DNA of 64,000 nucleotides, taken from a virus (Duplodnaviria > Caudoviricetes). This document shows, piece after piece, positions 25,859 to 39,600 of the stretch. The translations under genes and the position numbers were made by a program. The notes under the pieces are model-generated. The model did no database searches. It saw nothing but the letters and a program-made list of their open reading frames with translations, and was not told the DNA's origin. Position 1 is the stretch's first letter, and every line of letters begins with the position of its first letter. Location: IMG/VR virus record IMGVR_UViG_3300034375_009028; one strand, given 5' to 3'.

Positions 25859-26869
25859 TTAAAATATAAAGTTTTGAACATAATTTTTATTAATCTTTAA
25901 AAGATAAGCAGCATTATCTTGGAATCCAAATGTGATCAGATAATCATCTCCATACTCACACATGCCAACAGCAAATTCAATCTCTGCTTCCATGAATGAA
26001 AATTGTCTAGAGACTTTTACAATATCCCAATTCTTATCCCAAACAATAAATCTATGTCTATAGATACCATCTTTACGATCTTGTTCACTTTTGGTTAAGT
26101 ATGTCTCGTGACATAACGTAATATGACCACCATCACCGAAAGGAAGAACCTGAGATCCTCCTCTTAGATCAATACAACCAATATCTCTCCAATCCTTTAT
26201 AACTACACTCTCTGTAGTATTAGATTCAATATCATATCTCACAACTTCTGTGCCATTAGTCCACTTAACAAAATGCCATGGCATATCAACAATAGGCATC
26301 CAGTTCTTTTCACAATAAGATTCCCTATTACCTGGAGTTGGAATACGATATTGAGCAATCTCTTTTACATAATCAGGACCAATCTCAATCTCTGATAGTT
26401 CCATTCTACCAGTACCAATAGTATCTAGATCTCTTCTAACACCACACATGAAGAGTCTTCCATCCCAACGGAAAATTCTAGAGTCTTCAAGACCTACAAA
26501 ATCCCAAAGTTCTTTGTCGGGAAAATCTGATGTATCAATATGTCTTTGCCATACTGGATTCATATTAGAATCATACTCACACAAAATATTCTTTGTGCGA
26601 AGCTTCCAATCATTCTCTGGATGAATATAAACTAGAGGACCCCAGGGATGCTCATACTTCTTAATCTCAGAATGATACAAGGTATAGTTAATATTCCTTA
26701 AATTTACTAAAAGCCTATCTCCATCCAAATAAATTGAAGGATTTGTTAGAGAAGGTCCTTTAAGTATTGAAGAGTCTGTTACTAATGGATGAATACTTCC
26801 TCCACCATTCTCAATACAATCTTTCACAAAATTCATACTTTGATTAGCAACATGTAATGGTCTATTCAT
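25859..26869 (-). CDS. five-bladed beta-propeller glycosidase/phosphorylase-like protein
   Basis: NPSIY, GLEDSRIF, EKNWMP, RGGSQ and IEFAVG motifs. Confidence 0.65.
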   Translation of the reverse strand: MNRPLHVANQSMNFVKDCIENGGGSIHPLVTDSSILKGPSLTNPSIYLDGDRLLVNLRNINYTLYHSEIKKYEHPWGPLVYIHPENDWKLRTKNILCEYDSNMNPVWQRHIDTSDFPDKELWDFVGLEDSRIFRWDGRLFMCGVRRDLDTIGTGRMELSEIEIGPDYVKEIAQYRIPTPGNRESYCEKNWMPIVDMPWHFVKWTNGTEVVRYDIESNTTESVVIKDWRDIGCIDLRGGSQVLPFGDGGHITLCHETYLTKSEQDRKDGIYRHRFIVWDKNWDIVKVSRQFSFMEAEIEFAVGMCEYGDDYLITFGFQDNAAYLLKINKNYVQNFIF

Positions 26870-26941
26870 ATTAATTCAATGATTCATAAAGTATCTATAA
26901 GAGTTTAAAAGCTCTTATTTTTTATTAACCTTAGCAAAGGT

Positions 26942-26970
26942 ATTGTATCTATATTTGACCACCATGTCAA
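26942..26970 (-). promoter_or_regulatory. sigma70 promoter heading glycosylation cluster 1
   Basis: TTGACA (26970-26965)-N17-TACAAT (26947-26942). Confidence 0.75.
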
Positions 26971-26979
26971 GATTGACTT

Positions 26980-27606
26980 TTAGGTTTTCATGATGTATGC
27001 TAGTGCATAATAAGGAGGTCTATTCTCATGAGCATTGCCACTACCAGCATTTCCAACACTAACAGACACTGGATGACTATGAGAACCTGCAGAATTAACT
27101 GATACACTTACTGGATGAGTATGAGCACCTGCAGGTGAAGTAGTTCTAGCTTGAGTGCCTTGGTTAACTGCATTACCAGCACCATCTTTTGGAGCATTTT
27201 GTGAGGCAGTTCCTGTGTATGCGTGAGAGTGAGTACCTGCAGGTCCTGTAGACCCACTTGCTGGGTGAGAGTGAGATCCAGCAGATCCACTAGAACCAGA
27301 TCCTGGATGATTATGTACAGGTAGTTGTGCTGTTGTTAGTGTTACAGTATCAGAACCACCAGTAGCAGCTACAGCATATCCATTACCTGCACCAACAACA
27401 AACCTGTCCCTAAGATCTGGTGTACTATTAAGACCATCACATAAAACCCATCCAGTAGGTATCGATGCTGTTGAACCAGACCATAAAATAATACCTCCAC
27501 TAGGAACTGATCCTCCTGGTCCTGCACCAGTATCCATGCTGGTGCATGTCATTACTCCTGTTAGATTTAAATTTTCACCTGTTATGTCCGCCGCTAAAAT
27601 AGGCAT
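26980..27606 (-). CDS. tail-collar domain / short fibre protein
   Basis: PSGGIILWSG..IPTGWVLCDG..TPDLRDRFVVGAG, H-x-H repeats, NRPPYYALAYIMK. Confidence 0.85.
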   Translation of the reverse strand: MPILAADITGENLNLTGVMTCTSMDTGAGPGGSVPSGGIILWSGSTASIPTGWVLCDGLNSTPDLRDRFVVGAGNGYAVAATGGSDTVTLTTAQLPVHNHPGSGSSGSAGSHSHPASGSTGPAGTHSHAYTGTASQNAPKDGAGNAVNQGTQARTTSPAGAHTHPVSVSVNSAGSHSHPVSVSVGNAGSGNAHENRPPYYALAYIMKT

Positions 27607-30600
27607 CAGTCTACCTCCGATAACATGAACTTAAACTTTTTACCATTTCTTCTATTAATTAGGAACAAATCATTCTCTCCTTCTTGAATTGTATATTCAC
27701 CCCATGTTCCATCAACATCATTTGTAGAACCCTCATTACTAAGATTAATATCATTTGTATAAATGTTTGCCCAGCGAAGAGTGGTTGAACCAAGATCTCT
27801 TGTATTATTTGTATTTGGAACAATATTTCCAGCAATTGTTAGAACACTTCCAGTAAAGGTAAGATTTGCTTCTGCATTAACTGTTCCAGCAGAACCAGTA
27901 GCAGTTATGACTCTATTGTCTACATTATTTGAAATTGTTGTTGTATTTGCAGAACCCTGAGTGCCTTGAGTTGCTTGGGTTCCTTGATTACCTTGGAGTC
28001 CTTGTGTACCTTGGCGTCCTTGAAGACCTTGAGTTCCCTGGCGTCCTTGGCGTCCTTGGTTTCCTTGGAGACCTTGAGTACCTTGGGTTGCCTGTGTACC
28101 TTGATTACCTTGTGTACCTTGGTTACTTAAACCTTGCGTACCTTGGCGTCCTTGTGTACCTTGGCGTCCCTGAAGACCTTGAGTTCCCTGGCGTCCTTGG
28201 CGTCCTTGGTTTCCTTGGAGACCCTGGTTACCTTGGCGTCCTTGGTTACCTTGGCGTCCTTGGTTACCTTGTGTACCTTGGTTACTTAAACCTTGCGTAC
28301 CTTGGCGTCCTTGGTTACCCTGGTTACCTTGGCGTCCTTGGTTACCTTGTGTACCTTGGTTACTTAAACCTTGCGTACCTTGGCGTCCTTGGTTTCCTTG
28401 GAGACCCTGGTTACCTTGGCGTCCTTGGCGACCTTGATTACCCTGAAGACCTTGGTTACCTTGGCGTCCTTGGTTACCTTGATTACCTTGGTTACCTTGA
28501 CGACCCTGACGACCTTGGTTTCCTTGGAGACCCTGATTACCTTGACGACCTTGATTACCTTGTGTACCTTGTCTTCCTTGTACACCCTGAACACCAGATC
28601 TTGTAAATGCTAGCGTTACTTCTTCACTTACTGATGGTGAAGTACCTGCAAGATAATTGACTGGGATGGTATAATAAGTACCATTATCAGTTATATTTCC
28701 ATCAACTTCAAAAATAACAACAGTATTATCTGAAGATAGAGCTGAGATTATGTAAATATAACCTCTATTCAATCCTCCAGTTAGTGTTGTATCATCCCAA
28801 CTTGCGATCCATCCCGATTGATTATTGCTTAAAGCATCAATATCATTAACTGTAATAGAAGTTACAGAAGATGCTGTTGCATTATTGAATCTAATTTGAC
28901 CAGAAGATGGTGCTCCAGTTCCTCCATATGCATAAGGAACTCCACCACGGTTACCAATGTTGCCCTGGTTACCTTGGTTACCCTGATTACCCTGATTACC
29001 TTGGTTACCTTGGCGTCCTTGGTTACCCTGAAGACCCTGGTTTCCTTGGCGTCCTTGATTACCTTGATTACCTTGGTTACCCTGATTACCTTGATTACCT
29101 TGGTTACCTTGGCGTCCTTGGTTACCTTGGAGTCCCTGATTACCTTGATTACCTTGGTTACCCTGATTACCCTGGTTACCTTGATTACCTTGGTTACCTT
29201 GATTACCTTGGTTACCTTGGAGACCCTGAACACCAGATCTTGTGAATGCTAAAGTAATTTCTTGGTTTACGGAAGGATTTGTCCCACTGAGCGGATTAAC
29301 TGGAATGGTATAATAAGAACCATTATTTGAAATATTTCCATCAACTTCAAAAATGTTTACTGTGGTTTGTGAAGATAGGGCTGAGATTATGTAAATATAA
29401 CCTCTGTTCAATCCTCCAGTTAATGTTGTATCATCCCAACTTGCAATCCAGTTTGATTGATCATTACTTAATTGATCAATATCATGAACTTGAATTGCAG
29501 TGATGCTAGCAAAGGTTCCGTTGTTATATCTTACTTGTCCAGATGAAGGAACTCCTGTTCCTCCCCAACGATAAGGAACTCCACCACGGTTACCGATATT
29601 ACCTTGGTTACCCTGATTACCCTGGTTACCTTGATTACCTTGATTACCCTGGTTGCCCTGAAGTCCCTGATTACCTTGATTGCCTTGGTTACCCTGGTTA
29701 CCCTGGAGACCTTGGTTTCCTTGGTTGCCTTGGTTACCCTGGTTGCCTTGGTTACCCTGGTTGCCTTGGTTACCTTGGAGTCCCTGATTACCTTGATTAC
29801 CCTGATTACCTTGGTTACCCTGATTACCTTGGTTGCCTTGGTTACCTTGGAGTCCCTGAGTACCTGCTCTATTGAAGTTAAATACTAACTTCTCAGTATT
29901 TGCAGGTCTAGATCCAGACACATATGATACTGGGATTCTATAGAAACCAGAAGCAACTTGAACTGCACCCGTGACATTGAATACATTTACATTATTATCT
30001 GCACTATCCGCAGATGTTATTACAAGATTACCTCTAGTAAGACCAGTGTTTAATGTAGTATCATCCCAAGTGTTGTACCACCCAGTTTGATTGTTGCCAA
30101 GAACATCTAAGTTATCAATATAAATGAAGCTCACTGAGCTCATTGTTGCATTGTTATATCTTACATTTCCATTTCCAGGATCTGCGTTAGTAGTGGTTGT
30201 AGAGAAGTTATAAGGAACTCCACCACGGTTACCGTAGTTACCTTGGTTACCCTGCAATCCTTGATTACCTTGGTTACCCTGATTACCCTGGTTACCCTGG
30301 TTACCTTGGTTACCCTGCAATCCTTGATTACCTTGGTTACCCTGATTACCCTGGTTACCCTGGTTACCTTGGTTACCCTGCAATCCTTGATTACCTTGGT
30401 TACCCTGATTACCCTGGTTACCCTGGTTACCCTGGTTTCCTTGGTTGCCCTGGTTACCTTGCAGTCCTTGGTTACCTTGGTTGCCTTGATTACCTTGAAC
30501 ACCCTGGACACCAGATCTTGTAAATGCTATGGTAAGTTCTGTTCCGTTTGAGGGAACAGAACCACTAATAGGATTGACTGGAATAGTGTAATATGATCCA

Positions 30601-33600
30601 TTATTTGTTGCACTACCATCAACTTCAAAAATATTGACAGTATTTTGTGCGGAGTTTGCAGAGATAAGGTAGATATAACCTCTGTTCAATCCACCAGTTA
30701 ATGCTGTATCATCCCAACTTGCAATCCAGTTTGACTGGTCATTACTTAAAGCATCAATATCATTGATTCTAAGTTCAGTAATACTGGAGAATGTTCCACT
30801 ATTATATGTAACTGTACCTGATCCAGGAGCTCCTCCACCAGATCCTTGGAAGTCATAAGGAACTCCACCACGGTTACCAATGTTACCCTGGAGACCTTGA
30901 ACACCCTGGTTACCAACTGGTTGGATAACAGCAAAGACCTTATCACCATCAGAGAATGTTCCAGTCTGTGCAATCTTTGTACATGAATAACTTCTCCATC
31001 CACCATTATCTGTTCTAGCACTTTCAATGGAGAAGATAACATAATCTAAGTTATTAACTTCTCTTTGAACAGTAACAATAGATCTAGGAATGTTATCAGA
31101 ATAATCTAGAGAAGCAAGAATACCTTCAACATCACTCAAGTTAATATCAGTTTCACTAATTCTGAATGTTGTGAAGTTTGCAGTTACAGCGGCATTAAAT
31201 CCAAGATGTCCTGTTCCTGGATCAGAGTTTGCAGTAGAAGTAGTGTATTCAAATGTAGATCCGAGAGATCTTGCAGCAGCGATACCCTGTAAACCTTGTA
31301 GACCTTGATTACCTTGGTTACCCTGATTACCTTGATTACCTTGGTTGCCCTGATTACCTTGGTTACCTTGATTACCTTGGAGTCCTTGATTACCTTGGTT
31401 GCCTTGATTACCCTGATTACCCTGATTACCTTGGTTGCCTTGGTTACCCTGCAATCCTTGGTTACCCTGGTTACCCTGGTTACCCTGATTACCTTGATTA
31501 CCTTGGTTGCCCTGATTACCTTGGTTACCTTGATTACCTTGGAGTCCTTGATTACCTTGGTTGCCTTGATTACCCTGGTTACCTTGAAGTCCCTGTACGC
31601 CAGTTTTTGTAAAGAAGACTGTTACTTCTTGACCATTTGATGGTAAATTACCACTCAAGTATGTGACTGGTACTCTATAATATGAAGTATTGTTCTCAAC
31701 AGTATTGTTTACATAGAATACTGCGGTAACATTTGTTGAACTGTCTGCCGATGTAATATAGATATAACCACGATTTAAACCAGCATTAACTACTGTATCA
31801 TCCCAAGTATTGTACCAACCAGTTTGATTTACTCCAAACTCATCAGTGTCATCAAAATACATGTTTGTGACACTACCAATAGTACCAGAGTTGAATCTAA
31901 GTCTTCCTTGACCACCAGATCCAGCAGCAGTGTTAGTATCGAATAGGTAAGGGATGCCACCACGGTCTCCAAGCATACCTTGGTTACCCTGATTACCTTG
32001 ATTTCCTTGGTTACCTTGGTTACCTTGCAATCCCTGGTTACCCTGGTTGCCTTGATTACCCTGATTACCTTGGTTGCCTTGGTTGCCTTGGAGTCCTTGA
32101 TTTCCTTGGTTACCTTGATTACCTTGGTTACCTTGATTACCTTGGTTGCCCTGGTTGCCTTGGCGTCCTTGGTTACCTTGTAGACCCTGGTTACCCTGAT
32201 TACCCTGGTTACCCTGGTTACCTTGAGTACCTTGAGGTCCAGCAACAGAAATACTTACAATTAGTTCAGTATTATTACTGATAGTTGTGGTTGTTGATAT
32301 AACATTAGTAATTGAAATAGTGTGCCATCCACCAGCACCAGAAGCATTTTGAGTAACTCCTGTAATTTCATATACATTGTATGCTGTTAAATCATTAGCA
32401 AGACCAATTCTGATGAATCCTCTCTTGTTTACCGATCCATATTCAGTAATTGTTTGTAGGAATGTGTCAAGATTTACATTATCACTGTTTGTATTATCAA
32501 TATAAACTGCTGTTGCACTAGCAATATTTGCATTATTAAATCTTAAATTACCACTTCCAGGATCACTTGCAGTGGTTGAATTATTATAGAAATAATTGTA
32601 ACTATTTTCAGAATCTCTACCTTTAATACCCTGGTTTCCTTGAAGACCTTGATTACCTTGGAGACCTTGAGCACCTGCAGGAGTAAAGTTAATTGATAAC
32701 TGTTCATTATTTCCTGGTAAAGTACCAGAAATGTAGGTAACAGGTATTCTATAATATCCAGTTTGAGCAATAACATCTCCACTAACTGCAAAAGCATTTA
32801 CTGTAGTTTGGTTGGAGTCAGAAGAAGTTATATACAAATAACCTCTAACCAATCCAGTATTTGTTACAGTATCATCCCATGTGTTATACCATGCCGTCTG
32901 ATTGTTACCTAGATCATCTAAGTTATCAATATAAAATTCAGTAACAGATGCAATATTGCTATTGTTATATCTTACGACACCATTTCCAGGATCTGCATTA
33001 GTAGTGGTTGTAGAGAAGATATATGGATTTCCTCCACGACTACCAGTATTACCCTGAAGACCCTGATTACCTTGATTGCCCTGGTTACCCTGGTTACCTT
33101 GACGACCTTGATTGCCTTGGAGTCCTTGATTGCCTTGAACACCTTGCTGTCCACTCTTAGTAAAGACAACACTCAAATCTTGCCCATTTGATGGTAAAGA
33201 ACCAGTAAGGTTATTTACAGGTACGCTGTAGTATGTTCCATTATTAACTACTGGACCATCAACAAAGAATACTGCTGTTACATTTGATGTACTATCAGCA
33301 CTACTAATATAAATGTAACCTCTATTAAGTCCATTATTTACTATTGTATCATCAAAAGTATCGTACCAACCAGTTTGATCAACACCAAATGAATCTGTAT
33401 CATCAAAATAAAGAGTGCTTACGTTTGCAATATTGGAATCATTGAATCTAATAACACCTTGTCCACCTGTTCCTGCAGTTGTAGTAGTATCAAAGGAATA
33501 CCTAACACCACCACGGTCTCCAAGCATACCCTGGTTACCCTGGTTACCCTGATTACCTTGGTTACCCTGATTACCTTGGTTGCCTTGATTACCCTGGTTG

Positions 33601-36600
33601 CCTTGATTACCTTGAAGACCTTGATTACCTTGGTTACCTTGATTTCCTTGGTTACCTTGATTGCCTTGAAGTCCTTGATTGCCTTGAAGTCCCTGATTAC
33701 CTTGATTACCCTGGTTACCTTGGTTGCCTTGGTTGCCCTGGTTACCTTGATTGCCTTGGAGACCTTGGTTACCTTGATTACCTTGATTACCTTGGTTGCC
33801 TTGCAATCCTTGTAATCCTTGCAATCCTTGTAGACCTTGATTACCCTGATTACCCTGGTTGCCCTGATTACCCTGGTTGCCCTGGTTACCTTGATTACCT
33901 TGATTACCCTGGTTGCCTTGAAGTCCCTGATTACCTTGGTTACCCTGATTACCCTGGTTGCCCTGGTTACCTTGATTACCTTGATTACCCTGGTTACCTT
34001 GAACACCCTGAACACCTGTCTTTGTAAAGAATACCGTTACTGCTTGACCATTTGTGGGGAGATTACCACTTAGATAAGTAACTGGTACTCTATAATATGA
34101 AGTATTGTTCTCAACAGTATTGTTTACATAGAATACCGCAGTAACATTAGTTGCAGAGTCTGCGGAAGTAATGTAAATATATCCTCTATTGAGTCCCGCA
34201 TTAACTACCGTATCGTCCCAAGTGTCATACCAACCAGTCTGATCAACACCGAATTCATCAGTGTCATCAAAATACATGTTTGTAACATTGGCAATTGTTC
34301 CATTATTAAATCTAAGTCTTCCTTGACCACCAGATCCCGCTGTAATAGTTGTGTCAAATAAGTAAGGAACACCACCACGGTCTCCAAGCATACCCTGATT
34401 ACCCTGGTTGCCCTGGTTACCTTGATTACCTTGGTTTCCTTGATTGCCTTGGAGACCTTGATTTCCTTGGTTACCCTGGTTACCCTGGTTACCTTGATTA
34501 CCTTGGTTTCCTTGATTGCCTTGGAGACCTTGATTTCCTTGGTTACCCTGGTTACCTTGGTTACCTTGATTGCCTTGGAGACCTTGGTTACCCTGATTAC
34601 CTTGGTTACCTTGTAGACCTTGGAGACCTTGTAGACCTTGGAGACCTTGCAATCCTTGATTACCTTGGTTGCCTTGGTTACCCTGATTACCTTGGTTGCC
34701 TTGGTTACCCTGATTACCTTGGAGTCCCTGGTTACCCTGATTACCCTGATTACCTTGGAGTCCCTGGTTACCCTGATTACCCTGGTTGCCCTGGTTACCT
34801 TGATTACCTTGGAGTCCTTGATTACCTTGGTTACCTTGATTACCTTGATTGCCTTGGTTACCCTGATTACCTTGGAGACCCTGAATACCTGTCTTTGTAA
34901 AGAAGACTGTAAGTTCTTGATTGTTTGTAGGTAGATTTCCACTTACAAAAGTAACAGGGATGGTATAATAAGTACCATTATCAGTAACAACATCATCTAC
35001 ATAGAAGATTGCTGTAGTATTACTGGAACTATCTGCAGACGTAATATATACATATCCGCGATTTGAACCAGAATTGACTTGAGTATCATCCCAAGTATCA
35101 TACCAACCAGTTTGATCAACAGCAAATGAATCTGTATCATCAAAATAAAGTTCAGTTACACTACCAATTGTTCCACTATTGAATCTAATTCTTCCTTGAC
35201 CACCAGATCCTGCGGTAGTAGTTGTGTCAAATAAGTAAGGAATGCCACCACGGTCTCCAAGCATACCTTGGTTACCCTGATTACCCTGGTTACCTTGATT
35301 ACCTTGGTTACCTTGATTGCCTTGGAGACCTTGGTTACCCTGGTTACCTTGATTACCTTGGTTACCCTGGTTACCTTGATTGCCTTGGAGACCTTGGTTA
35401 CCCTGGTTACCTTGATTACCTTGGTTACCCTGGTTACCTTGATTGCCCTGAAGTCCCTGGTTGCCTTGATTGCCCTGGTTACCTTGATTACCCTGATTAC
35501 CTTGATTACCCTGGTTACCTTGGTTACCTTGATTACCTTGGAGTCCCTGATTACCTTGGTTACCTTGAGTACCTTGAATACCAGCAAGACCAAAACTTAA
35601 GAATATTGCTTCATTATTAGAGAATCCAGTACCAGCACTAACATTTGAAGTTAAATCTAATGTACTCCATCCATTAGCACCAGCAGACTCTAAAATAACT
35701 CCACCAAGTCTAAAAATATAGAAGTTATTTGCATTTGTTTGAGACTGAATCTTAACAAATCCCTTATTTCCAGGAGATCCATATTGATCAACGAATGAAT
35801 AGAAGTCACTTAAATCTGATCCATTTTCATCTCTATGATCAAGGTATATTTCTGTACTATTCTCAATTGTACTATTATCAAATCTTATAAATCCTTGTCC
35901 AGGATCTGCGGCTGTAGTGCTTGTTGAATAGAAGTATTCAAAAGTATCTCCAGAACTTACACCATCTGGACCTTGAAGACCTTGTAAACCTTGAACACCT
36001 TGGACACCAGATCTTGTAAAGTTAAATACTAACTTTTCAGAGTTGGTTGGTAAAGATCCAGATACATATGCAACAGGAACTCTGTAATAACCAGTCTCTG
36101 CTGTAACTGCTCCTACAACATTAAAGATATTTACATTAGTATCTGCACTATCTGCAGATGTTATTACAAGATTACCACGACTTAAACCTGCATTTAGTTG
36201 AGTATCATCCCAAACATCATACCAAGCGGTCTGATCATTACCTAGGTCATCTAAGTTATCAATATAAATTTCGGTTACAGAACCAATGGTTGCATTATTA
36301 TATCTAAAATTACCATTACCAGGATCTCCATTCTGTGTAGTTGTAGAGAAGATATAAGGAACCCCACCACGGTTGCCGTAGTTACCCTGTAGACCTTGAT
36401 TGCCTTGATTACCCTGGTTACCTTGATTACCTTGGTTGCCCTGGTTACCTTGGTTACCCTGCAATCCTTGATTACCTTGGTTACCCTGGTTACCTTGATT
36501 ACCTTGGTTGCCCTGGTTACCTTGGTTACCCTGCAATCCTTGATTACCTTGGTTACCCTGGTTACCTTGGTTACCCTGGAGACCTTGCAGACCTTGGAGA

Positions 36601-39600
36601 CCTTGGAGACCTTGGTTGCCCTGGTTTCCTTGATTACCTTGATTACCCTGGTTACCTTGATTACCCTGGTTACCTTGGAGACCTTGGTTGCCCTGGTTAC
36701 CTTGATTACCTTGGTTACCTTGGAGTCCTTGGAGACCTTGGTTACCTTGAACACCTTGAGGTCCTATAAACGAGAAGCTAATGAATACTGTATCGTTATT
36801 AGAGAAGTTTCCAGAAGATGCATAGAATTGGGTAATGTCAAATGAGAACCATCCAGTAGCACCACCAGTTTGTAATTGAGTATTACCAACAACAAACAAA
36901 TGATATTGGGATGCATCAACAGGATCTACAATCTTAACAAGAGCTTGTCTCTCTAGAATTCCATAGTTCTCAATATCTGCAAGGAAGTCTGACAGATCAG
37001 TTCCACCACTATCAGTGTTGGCAATGTACAACTCAGTTGCACTAGACTGAGTTGAGAAATTATCAAATCTTAATCTTCCAGATCCAGGATTTGCTGCACC
37101 TGTTGAAGAACTGAATGTATAAACATAAGTAGTTTCAGCATTTCTACCACTAAGACCTTGGTTACCTTGTAAACCTTGTGTACCTGTTTTAGTGAAGAAT
37201 ACTGTTAATTCTTGTCCATTAGAAGGAAGAGATCCAGTTAAATAGTTTACTGGAATACTATAATAAGAACCATTATCAGATACAGAACCATCTACTTCAA
37301 AGATAATACTTGTGTTTGTAGAAGAATCTGAGGTAGTAATATAAATGTATCCACGATTCTCTCCAACATTAACTTGAGTATCGTCCCAAGTATCATACCA
37401 AGCGGTTTGATCTATTCCAAATAGATCTGTATCATCAAAATAAAGTGTAGTTGCGTTTGCAATAGCTGGACTATCAAATCTTAATACCCCTTGACCACCA
37501 GAACCTGCTGCGGTAGTAGTATCAAACTCATAAGGAATACCACCACGGTCTCCAAGCATACCCTGCAGACCTTGGTTTCCTTGAAGTCCCTGATTACCTT
37601 GATTACCCTGGTTACCTTGATTACCTTGGTTGCCCTGGTTACCTTGGTTACCCTGCAATCCTTGATTACCTTGGTTACCCTGGTTGCCTTGGTTACCTTG
37701 AAGACCTTGGAGACCTTGGAGACCCTGTAATCCTTGGTTGCCCTGGTTACCCTGGTTACCCTGGTTTCCTTGGTTGCCTTGATTACCCTGGTTACCCTGG
37801 TTACCTTGTAGACCTTGAATACCTGTCTTTGTAAAGAAGATGGTTATATCTTGTGCATTAGAAGGAATATTACCACTCAAATAAGTAACAGGTATTTCCT
37901 GATAATCAGTTTGGTCTGTTATTGCCCCAGTTACTTCAAATATTGCACTAACATTAGTTGCAGAATCTGCTGAGGTAATATAAATGTATCCCCTACCTTC
38001 TCCAGCAATAACTTGAGTATCATCCCAATTTGCAACCCAAGCAGAGTGATCTACTCCAAAGATATCATTATCATCAACATATATTTGAGTTACACTACCA
38101 ATGGTACTATTATTAAATCTAAAATCTCCATCACCTGAAGATCCAGATCCAGTAGCAGTATTAAATCTATAAGGAATACCACCACGGTCTCCAAGCATAC
38201 CCTGGTTACCTTGTAAACCTTGATTACCCTGGTTTCCTTGGTTGCCTTGATTACCCTGGTTGCCCTGGTTACCTTGGTTGCCTTGATTACCCTGTAGACC
38301 TTGGAGACCTTGGAGACCTTGTAAACCTTGATTACCCTGGTTGCCCTGATTACCTTGGTTACCTTGATTACCTTGGTTACCCTGATTACCTTGGTTGCCT
38401 TGAAGTCCCTGGTTACCTTGGTTACCTTGGTTACCCTGATTACCTTGGTTGCCTTGGTTGCCCTGGTTACCTTGGACACCCTGAGTTCCACTCTTAGTGA
38501 ATAGTACCGTTACTTCTTGACCATTTGAAGGAATATCACCACTTACATAAGTTACAGGAACAGTCCAATAAGTAGTGTTATCTATTACAGCATCATCAAC
38601 ATAGAATATAGAAGTTACATTACCACCAGAATCTGCCGAGGTTACATAGAGGTATCCACGATTTAGTCCAGCATTTAACTGAGTATCGTCAAATGTATCG
38701 TACCAACCAGTTTGATCAGATCCAAAAGAATCTGTATCATCAAAATATAATTCTGTAATATTTGCTGCGGTAGCATTGTTATACCTTAATGATCCTTGTC
38801 CACCCGTACCTGCTGTGGTAGTAGAATCAAAGTCATAACGAATACCACCACGGTCTCCAAGCATACCCTGGTTACCTTGGTTACCCTGATTACCTTGATT
38901 GCCCTGGTTACCCTGGTTACCCTGATTACCTTGGTTGCCTTGGTTACCTTGAAGACCTTGGAGACCTTGGAGACCCTGGTTGCCTTGATTACCTTGGTTG
39001 CCTTGATTACCTTGATTACCTTGGTTGCCCTGGTTTCCTTGTAAACCTTGAATACCAGTTCTACTATGGAACAGTGTTAAAATGTCACCATTAGAAGGTA
39101 ATGTACCAGTTACATACTCTACTGAAATTTTATAGTATCCAGATGCAACTTGATTAACACCATTAATTCTAAAAATGTTTACTGTAGTTCCAGATAAAAT
39201 ATCCGCAGAGATAAAGTATAAGTATCCTCTATCTGGATTCTCAGTATCATCCCAAACATCATACCAAGCAGTCTGATTATTACCAAGATCATCTAAGTTA
39301 TCAATATAAATTTGAGTAACTGAGTTTATTGCCGAGTTGTTATATGCAACATTACCATTTCCAGGATCTTGATCTGTTGTACTCTGAACCCATTCATAAC
39401 GAATACCTCCTCTATCACCAATACCACCCTGAAGACCTTGAAGTCCTTGGTTACCTTGGTTACCTTGGAGACCCTGGTTACCTTGGTTGCCTTGACGACC
39501 TTGGTTACCCTGGAGACCTTGAGCACCTACACCCTGTAATCCCTGGTTACCTTGTAGACCCTGTAAACCTTGTAGACCCTGTACACCTTGAGAACCTACA